A DNA stretch of 62,973 bases, counting the filler, from Collodictyon triciliatum (Eukaryota): assembly GCA_043381765.1 (NCBI GenBank). It is 8 parts of 8 records of this genome, joined end to end, with 100 filler letters (N's around TTAATTAATTAA, not from the genome) between each part and the next. Parts side by side here need not be neighbours in the genome. Positions count along the whole stretch, not along the records: positions 47,297 to 55,083 come from JBHJMP010003743.1; positions 55,184 to 62,973 come from JBHJMP010003744.1; 6 more parts are not named here. One strand, given 5' to 3'. The position numbers and the translations under genes were made by a program. The notes under the pieces are model-generated. The model searched no databases, had not been told where the DNA came from, and was given only the letters and a program-made list of their open reading frames with translations. Shown here piece after piece: positions 50,801-62,973 of this stretch. Numbering within the stretch: position 1 is the first letter of the stretch; every line of letters starts with the position of its first letter.

Positions 50801-53800
50801 TCAGATGCTTCCTCCATAAACTCGGCTAGTTCCACCCACAAGCATTCAGAACCATACAATCGTACACAGACGGCACAAATGTTCCCCTCTGGTGGGGATG
50901 CTTCGTCATTCATAATTTCCTGTAATATAAAATAAATATATGGAATTTTTACTTACATAATGTTACTTTATTTTGGATATAAAATGAAATAAGTTCGGTT
51001 ACATAATTCATTTAATATTTTAAAATTATATAATAATCATTAACCAGGAATGATGAGCTGGATGAATGTCGGGATGTTTCGATTAAGCTCTGTTGATTAT
51101 TAATATTTCTTTTTGAATGAAATATGCCAAGTAAAAAAGGGGGAAAGGGGGAAAGGGGGAAAAGGGGAAAAGGGGAAAAGGGGAAAAAAGGGGAAAAAAG
51201 GGGAAAAAAAAGGAAAAAAAGGGGAAAAGGAGAAAAAAAGGGAAAAAGGAAAAAGAAAGGAAACAATACAAATATTTTTCTTGATGCTTCTTGAAAAGAT
51301 GGTCTCTCATTTGGATTTTGTGCCCAAAGCTGCTTTACAATTGTTTCGAAATCAACCGGTGTATTTGGGGGTATTTCTGGTCTTAAAGCATTCATCACAA
51401 CTTGTGTCGTGACAGCAAAAGCATTCTCGATGTTGTGATAGGGGTCTTTTCGAGACAATATTTCCCATGCGATAATACCAAAACTATAAACATCGGCGCA
51501 TGCTGTGTACTCTTTTCCCTCTATGACCTCTGGTGCTAACCAAAGTAAACTTCCAACGCCTTCGGCACTTGTACTAGAGCCTTGGATGGTGGTCAAACCG
51601 AAATCACTACAATTGTTCGAAAATTCATTAAATGATAAGGCTTGTAACATCGATGAAGAAATGATATATTATCCATTGATTTTTGAAATTTTAATGATAT
51701 CTTGCACAATAAGACATACCTAACTTTGAGTCGGAATCTATCGTCAACCTAAAACAAGATAATTTGTTTGAATTACTAGAACTTTAGAAAATCGGTTGGA
51801 AAAAAACTATCGAATTACATAAAAAAACTACAAACCAAAATGTTAAGGCTTTTCAGGTCTCTATGGATTATTGGTGGATTTGATGAATGAAGATAATTCA
51901 TACCTGAATCATTGAATTAGAACTTCTCGCTAGATTTAATAAATTACTCAAACGATTTTTCAGAGTATGAATTCTTACCCTTCGAAATATCAGACATGAA
52001 GGCGAGCTTTTGGGAATAAGACAGAGAAATTTCGCTGTGCAACACATCATATAAACTTCCTTGGTGCATAAACTCGCAAACAAGACATAGGTCACTACTG
52101 TTGAAGCAAGCTCCCATGTACAATACAATATTCGGATGCCTTAACTCTCTGCATTATTTGATTTTTGTTAACTTTATAGTGAAAAGTCTTTTAAAAAAAG
52201 CAAACACAAAAATGAAATGAAATGACATAAAATATAATAAAAAATCGATGATGCACTACACGAGAGAACCAGACATAACTGTTTGATAATAATAACAATA
52301 ATAACAATAATAACAATAATAACAATAATTGCAATAAAAGTAATAGTATTAGTAATGAAAATGATGATATCAATCATATATCAATATGTACAAGTAAATA
52401 AACTTAATACTTCAATAAAAACACCCATATAAAATAAAAGCATACACCATTATTGCGATTTCCTTCTTAAAGTTTTCTATCTGCCGGTTGTTGAGATGTT
52501 TTTGAAGAAGAACCTTAATGGCTACTTCGGCTCCTCTCCATTCCCCTTTGAAAACCTGCGAATTCTTGAAGTTTAAACAACAATTTTTGCATTTACTATT
52601 GTCTGAAATTTGATAGGAAGCTACCTGTCCAAAACTTCCTTGACCCAAAAGCTGTCCAAAATTTAAATCTTTAGGGTCGACCGTACCGTAGAGCTTCTTT
52701 TCAGCTCCTTTGACATCATCTATCATTTTTTTCCGGTAGAAGTACACAGTGACTGAGAAAAATACTAGAACACCTCCAACAACACCAGCGATGATGGCAA
52801 CATAATTGATTCTCTGGTGATTCTCTGAGATAAAAATTGGTAAGTGCGTATTTCATTGTAGCAAAAATGGACATCGCACTCATTACAATTTATTTTTAAT
52901 TTTATAGTAAAATGACCGCCATGCATGATTTTAAATCAATTATAACCTTTTTCCTGGCATTGTCCCTATAAAATAATGTAACCTTAACAATTAATTTAAG
53001 GATATCTATAAATGAGGTAATATTGTCTTACGTTGTTCATCAAATACCCTTGTTTGCATCGGCATTGGTTTATTTTGGCGTCATACGTGGAAGACGCAGA
53101 ACAACCTTCAAATTTTTTTATTTATGTGTCAAGTTTAAAAAACGGTTAGACTACATATCACATCAATCGTTACTCTTTTCTCATTAAAAATCAATACCAG
53201 GGTAGAACCAATCACGAGGGTCAAAGTTAGCCAGTGGGCCAATGGATGGAACTTTAGGTGTTAGCTTTTTGAATACATCGTAGTTGTATAGAATGAAGCT
53301 CTGAACTTGAATTTCAGTAGCGTTCTATAAATTGGTGTTAGAATGATACCATAAAATTGTCAGTTATAATAATTATATTTTTTTCAAAAGCCAACTTGAA
53401 TCAAACTCCTGGGCAAAATAATGTCAACAATATTGGCATCATAGAAGTCGTCGTCTCCGCCTCCAAGGAATCTCTATTTATATAAAGTTATGTGAACAAT
53501 TGACATGTATAAAAAAAATAAACAGAGTGTATTAACTGCTGATGATTCTTTATTCCTCAAGGAAAAATCTGCTGATGTGATATCGAAGAGTCCTACAAAT
53601 ACACTATATTGCCAGCTTTCCCTCGGAATGCCAGATAAATTGACAGGTATGTAAAACTATGTAAGGCAGTAGTTAAAGCTATTGAAATTGTGTTCAAATT
53701 TCACCGAATAATACTTTTTTTTCTTTTACAGATTCCCTTCATTTGATTAGAAAATGAATTTGATAAAGATTTCATAGTGTTTATGTGGTAGAAGACGAGG

Positions 53801-55018
53801 TTTGGTTATCATAAAAAAAATTTTTTTTAAAAAAAAAAAACACCTCGATAGAGTTCGTCTCCTGATTGAGATGTACCCGGCCGGTTTTTTCAGCCTCTAC
53901 TTGAAAACTTCTCATAGACCCGGGCCATGAAGGGCCGTATTTAAATGAAAATCCTTGTCCGTGCAATAACGCCATCCAAATCCAAGGATAGTTCAATTCC
54001 ACGAACGACTTATCATGGGTTGTATATCTTCCTGGGGTCTGTATATAATTCGGAATAATTACGGTGATATTATATTTATCTAACTATATAGATAAATATA
54101 ATATCATACGGCGAGAACAGAATTTTAAAACATATTTTTGCATTTTTTAACCTTAAAATTATCATGGCAATAAATGGATATGACTGGTAAGGAAAATCCG
54201 AAGGAGTAGTTTCGGGGATTTGTGAGTTTTTTCCCAAAAGTTGTTGTTAGTATCAAATGGGTGTAATTGTATCGCACACTAAATTCGCTGATGTCAAGAA
54301 GTCCAGACGGAGTTGTTCCTTCCATTTCTATATTCGTAGTATATAGACCAAACTCGTCCAGTCTTTCATCTTGCGTAGCGAACAATGTAGATATATCAGA
54401 CGCACCAATGAAAGGGATTATAATTTCATTCCCAAAGTTGGGGTTGTAACTTGAGAGAATCTATTTCGACCGAGTCATTTTCTGTTCAGAATTCTCACTA
54501 AACATAGACCTATCAGCCGTCTGTGATTACGGATAAATTAACAATTCTTACGAGGTTTTGTTCTGACCTTGAACGAGCTAATATGTCCACGATATTCGGT
54601 GTGTTTTTAGATTCATCGCCCCCTCCAAATGAATTCAAGGAGGCTTCTTTTCTGAAAGGAACAAACTCCCAGGGTTTATCCGATTCCATCCCTGTAGGTC
54701 CGTTAATTTTATGATACGTAAGCTAAAGGGTATCATCTTTTATGGTATTATTATTATGATTATTTATTGTTATTATTGTTTTATTTTTATTGTAATTAAA
54801 TAGTTCTTCTCTAAAATTTTAGAATGATTTTTTTCCTTTACTCGATTCAAAGTAAAGTTTTAGATTAATAAAAAATATTATATTTTCAACAATTGATTTT
54901 TACCGGTAAAGATCACGTAGGACCATGATGCATCCAATGGTTCAAAAAGATTTTGTGGCAATCGGGCAACGATTGTGTTTCCTTCAAAAAATATGGCATT
55001 GGAATTGATTCTGGTTTC
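47852..55018 (-). CDS. Single-pass receptor with two TKL kinase domains flanking a degenerate class III cyclase-like domain; ectodomain with tandem glucodextranase-C/DOMON-like domains; 5' truncated
   Basis: TM helix [26 protein letters not shown] (~52735-52805). Kinase 1: [26 protein letters not shown]. Middle domain: PPEGNICAV...LDWPKEIL...LRGLRVQMG...GQTI. Kinase 2: [42 protein letters not shown]. Confidence 0.9.
50184..50295. repeat. (AAAC)n microsatellite, intronic
   Basis: Perfect tetramer tract. Confidence 0.95.
51133..51263. repeat. Polypurine (GnAn) tract, intronic
   Basis: About 130 nt of G/A runs only. Confidence 0.85.
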
Positions 55019-55083
55019 CTGTATAACATTATATATAAATTAGTTTTTTTTTTTTTATTCTTCCTTTCAACTTTTGTGCAGGA

Positions 55084-55183
55084 NNNNNNNNNNNNNNNNN
55101 NNNNNNNNNNNNNNNNNNNNNNNNNNNTTAATTAATTAANNNNNNNNNNNNNNNNNNNNNNNNNNNNNNNNNNNNNNNNNNNN
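55084..55183. other. Artificial contig spacer
   Basis: Same 100-nt linker. Confidence 0.97.
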
Positions 55184-55352
55184 TTTTTTTTTTCTTTTTT
55201 TTTTTTTTTTTCTTCTTTTTTCTTCTTTTTTCTTCTTTTTTCTTCTTTTTTCTTCTTTTCTTCTTTTCTTCTTTTCTTCTTTTCTTCTTTTTCTTCTTTT
55301 TCTTCTTTTTCTTCTTTTTCTTCTTTTTTTTGTTCTTTTTTTGTTCTTTTTT
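55184..55352. repeat. T/C-rich low-complexity tract at contig start
   Basis: (TTCTTCTTT)-like repeats. Confidence 0.85.
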
Positions 55353-55691
55353 TCCTCTATTTCTTGCTGCCACAAATACTTCATGTCTCTCTATCCTTTT
55401 TTGACTTTCTTGGAGTGTGTTCTGGCACGACTTGATCAGGCCTCGAACACCTGCGATTCGCCACGCAAAGCAAAAAAGGATGAGGTGGGATCGACTCACC
55501 CTCCGTTTTTCTGCGTTTTATGTCGCGCTTGCATGACGCTATCCAGACCCTGCCACTGTTTGCTGGCTGGTCAAGCACGAGTCATCGGCTGTCAACCTTG
55601 AGCCTTGTTTGCAGCCTAAACAATAGACGTTTGCATAGACTCTGAGCAATACGCGAAGTAAGCTTCTGCAGAAGGCAAGAATAGCGCCGCA

Positions 55692-59363
<3,672 letters not shown>

Positions 59364-60012
59364 GTGAGTCTTCTGCATCGCCCGATGGTTTCACCCCTTG
59401 ACATTTNNNNNNNNNNNNNNNNNNNNNNNNNNNNNNNNNNNNNNNNNNNNNNNNNNNNNNNNNNNNNNNNNNNNNNNNNNNNNNNNNNNNNNNNNNNNNN
59501 NNNNNNNNNNNNNNNNNNNNNNNNNNNNNNNNNNNNNNNNNNNNNNNNNNNNNNNNNNNNNNNNNNNNNNNNNNNNNNNNNNNNNNNNNNNNNNNNNNNN
59601 NNNNNNNNNNNNNNNNNNNNNNNNNNNNNNNNNNNNNNNNNNNNNNNNNNNNNNNNNNNNNNNNNNNNNNNNNNNNNNNNNNNNNNNNNNNNNNNNNNNN
59701 NNNNNNNNNNNNNNNNNNNNNNNNNNNNNNNNNNNNNNNNNNNNNNNNNNNNNNNNNNNNNNNNNNNNNNNNNNNNNNNNNNNNNNNNNNNNNNNNNNNN
59801 NNNNNNNNNNNNNNNNNNNNNNNNNNNNNNNNNNNNNNNNNNNNNNNNNNNNNNNNNNNNNNNNNNNNNNNNNNNNNNNNNNCAGAGATCGACGTGTCGA
59901 ATAGCAGACGAGGGTCGGCGAGGCCGTCCGAGAAGAAAGACCGTGAGAACCAGTGCCTAAAATCACTTGTTGCTTGACTCAGTTCCGCTCAGCCCCACAC
60001 AGAGACCAGGCA

Positions 60013-61428
60013 ATGCCCAAGCAAGAGAGCCTCTCGCCCTATGTCGGTAAGTTAGCCTCCGTGATCGTCACGGCAAAAGAATCACACAAAACAAAAACAT
60101 GAACGAAAAGGACAAGTAAAGAACAAAAAACAGAAAGAAAAAAAAAAGAAACATCAGAGTCACCTAATGATCCTTGCCTCGCACAATCGACGCACTCTTG
60201 ATCATCCAGCTTGCGACAAGCCTCCAATTCCATGAAAGGCTCTTACACGCTGAGTCACAGTAACTCCCACGTACCAACTAGCTCGCCAAACTCTCCAGGA
60301 GAGATACTAATGGTATATTTAACAACGAACATTCCCTTCGTTACAGAATATGGTGCCAAGGAGAGAAAGTACCGCTGGACTCAGTCCGAGGAAGAGGCTG
60401 TCCTAACTATTCCAGTTCCTGAAGGTTCTGAAGCTGATGGCTCTCTTCCGATGTGTTTCCCTTGTTTTCTTTTTCTTTTTCTTTTTCTTTGTCTTTGTCT
60501 TTGTCTTTTTCTTTGTCTTTTTCTTTTTCTTTTCGCATAGTTTCAGATTGTGCGTGTGCTGTAATACGCAGATATTTCGCACTTTAAGCAACCAATTCAT
60601 ACAGGCACCACTGCCAGGAATGTTGTCTCTGAGATATCCACACACTACATTAAATTTGCAGTTGCCGGCAAACAGAAGCCGCTCGTCGAGGTAGGTTTTC
60701 TCAAACACATACCAAAGACTTTGTAATAATACTTTGTATATACAGGATCAATTCATATGAAGCCCTGCAGCTCCAACCTATTATAGTCCAGAATTGACCA
60801 TCCTACGTATCACATGATAGGGAAGACTTCACGAGCCATGCGTCGCCGATGATTCCACATGGACTATTGGTAAGAAAACAACCAGTATACTCGCAACATA
60901 GGCTGTACTTCTTCACATTTGCATCAGCCTCTCTGTTGTCCCACCGTGATGTCTTAAAAGTGTGATAAAAGCTGACATGATGTATAGAAAAGAACGAAAT
61001 TGAGGTTACTCTGTCCAAGGCCAAGAAGGGATGGTGGAAGGGTATCATCGTCGGCCACAAGGTTTGGTCTCACTCTTTCGGTTCTATTTTTACATTCTTC
61101 CTATCTCCAGTACCGCACCCTAATCCCTTCTGTTAGGCCCTTGATTCAGTATCCAAGTCCAACTTTCTCTCCCAGATTAGAGTCTCAGTAGTATATGTGA
61201 AAGACCCTTTCGTGAATGTCTCTGCTAGCCTAGCACCCACTTTCTCTCCTTCCTCATAATTCCTCGATCTTCTGTACCCACCAGGAAGTGAACCCCGAGC
61301 AAATCGAAGGGTCCAAGTACATTGATGATTCTCTTCTGGCTCGCATCTACCACGAGCGCAAAGCCAAGGAGGCCGAAGAAGCTGCCGCCAATCCCCAACT
61401 GCCAGAGCTAGAAAGCGATGATGAATAA
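60013..61428 (+). CDS. NudC-family CS/p23-domain co-chaperone
   Basis: Six exons join in frame: MPKQESLSPYV/EYGAKERKYRWTQSEEEAVLTIPVPE/GTTARNV...PLVE/GRLHEPCVADDSTWTI/EKNEIEVTLSKAKKGWWKGIIVGHK/EVNPEQIE...SDDE*. Confidence 0.85.
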
Positions 61429-61688
61429 ATCCACACAGAGATAGGCCCGAACAACATGATATTGAATCAGGATAGGAAAAATGAGGCTTGGATTGAACAC
61501 CCGATCCGAAGGGATGCGAACCTGAAAAATTGTGGATTCCACATTTGTCATGATGTTCGGAGACTCTATCAGGTGTTGATTCGATCTGGGTTCAAGCCAC
61601 ACACTGTTTTTTTTTTTTTATTTGGGTGAACTATTATCGCTGCGCTGCCGATCTTCTTCTGTGACAAACCAACGCCAAACACTGCAAG

Positions 61689-62488
61689 ATGGCCACGCCT
61701 TCCGCACAAAATACCCAGCAAGATGCTTCAACCCCGGAGGATGCGTTTCCGCCAAACGTCGATCTTGACGATGACGTGACGCGCTTTATTGTGGAGCTTG
61801 AGTTTGTGCACACGCTAGGAAATCCAAACTACTTGGGAGGTGAGTATGACCCGAGTCAAAAGAAGAAAACAAACAGCAAGATATTTAAAATTGTAAGAAT
61901 AATGATAAGATACTTGCATATCTTTGCTACATGCAAGCTCCCAGTTCATACTTGATATACAATCGGATATCTGTTTGCTTGCTGTCCATCATTTATCTTT
62001 GCATCACGGCATTTGTTTCTGAAATAAAGTAAGCAAGAATGTAAATGTCATTGCAGAACTCGCTGCCTCGGGCTTTTTACGCGACACGGCCTTTATCAAT
62101 TACCTCAAGTACTTGCTCTACTGGAAAACAGAGCCATATGTGAAATATATTACGTAAGGGCTGTTTACACATTCTTTCTCTTCAAATCAAGAATGACACA
62201 AAACGTTTGGATTTTATTGTATATCGCACAGAATCCCTTCACTTCGCCATGCATATCTCCTTGATGCTTCAACCATGCCTGTTGTTATATCAATGATGCA
62301 CGTCGCTTTTTAAAAGGAAGCCATTCTGCCTGTTTTACCTGACGCGCCTTCAGAGCGAGCAATTCAGGGAAAAGTGTGCGGATCGCCTGATGGTTGAGCA
62401 GATGATTCTTCAACAGGAGCTCCACAAGACAGACTGCGATCAGAATATTCATATGTTGAACGAGCCAGATATCGTCAGCTTCCCTTAG
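61689..62488 (+). CDS. MED31: Mediator complex subunit 31 (SOH1)
   Basis: Three exons: RFIVELEFVHTLGNPNYLG/ELAASGFLRDTAFINYLKYLLYWKTEPYVKYIT/KPFCLFYLTRLQSEQFRE. Confidence 0.95.
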
Positions 62489-62875
62489 GCACTTTTCTCG
62501 AGGGGCATTGTGCCCTTATCAGTCTGCTTCTCTCTTCTCTGTTGTTTTTTTCTTTATTTCTATTTTCTTTTCTTTTTTTTTCCTTTTTTCTTTTCTTCTC
62601 TTTTTTTCTTTTCTTTTCTTTTGTTTTTTCTTTTTTCTTTTTTCGACCCTCATAAAACGATATATCTCTATGACAGCCAGTTGTCAATACAAGAAGCAGT
62701 TGCTTGGGGAGATGTTGGTGCAGAGTGGTTGTGTTTCTTCTGTTTGATCCCAATTTCAAGCCGGATCGGAAGCTGGAACGGGTTGCTTCCTGACGCCAAC
62801 GTGCTGAACTTTGAAATAAAGCACACTTCGCTGGGCAAGGACGAGTGCAGATCTTGCGCTTTTATTCTTTTCCAT

Positions 62876-62973
62876 TTTTTTCTTTTTTCTTTTTTCTTTT
62901 TTCTTTTTTCTTTTTTCTTTTTTCTTTTTTCTTTTTTCTTTTTTCTTTTTTCTTTTTTCTTTTTTCTTTTTTC
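62876..62973. repeat. (TTTTTTC)n at window end
   Basis: Heptamer tract. Confidence 0.9.

Noticed and set aside
55380-55600. Possible first exons of a gene divergent from the WIF-like gene
   Set aside because: A GT-AG intron is plausible, but there is no convincing in-frame ATG or domain and the contig ends.
62667-62860. Possible last exon of a minus-strand gene convergent with MED31
   Set aside because: The reading frame cannot be determined and no motif is recognised.

Overview
This is eukaryotic, AT-rich, intron-dense DNA using the standard genetic code, probably from an amoebozoan-like protist (inference from gene families). It is not one locus. Eight unrelated contigs of about 7.79 kb are joined by artificial 100-nt N44-TTAATTAATTAA-N44 spacers, and most contigs end in microsatellites. 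Genes assembled by reading GT-AG exons: CENP-C/Mif2; the C-terminus of a P5B ATPase; an ADCY10/sAC-like STAND protein whose cyclase domains look catalytically dead; an LRR/Cys-rich/multi-TM receptor; a large ARM-repeat protein; EMC1; a decayed non-LTR reverse transcriptase fragment; an alpha/beta-hydrolase lacking its nucleophile Ser; a PhoD phosphatase; a single-pass kinase/cyclase-like/kinase receptor; a secreted protein with three WIF-like repeats; a NudC/CS-domain protein; and MED31. Two observations stand out. First, the LRR receptor has nine consecutive 69-nt, phase-1-symmetric exons, each encoding one LRR with variable beta-strand residues, a possible combinatorial recognition cassette. 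Second, the receptor kinase ectodomain appears to be tandem prokaryote-type glucodextranase/amylopullulanase C-terminal (DOMON-like) sugar-binding domains. Domain calls are motif recognition by eye with no database searches, and gene ends near gaps are approximate.
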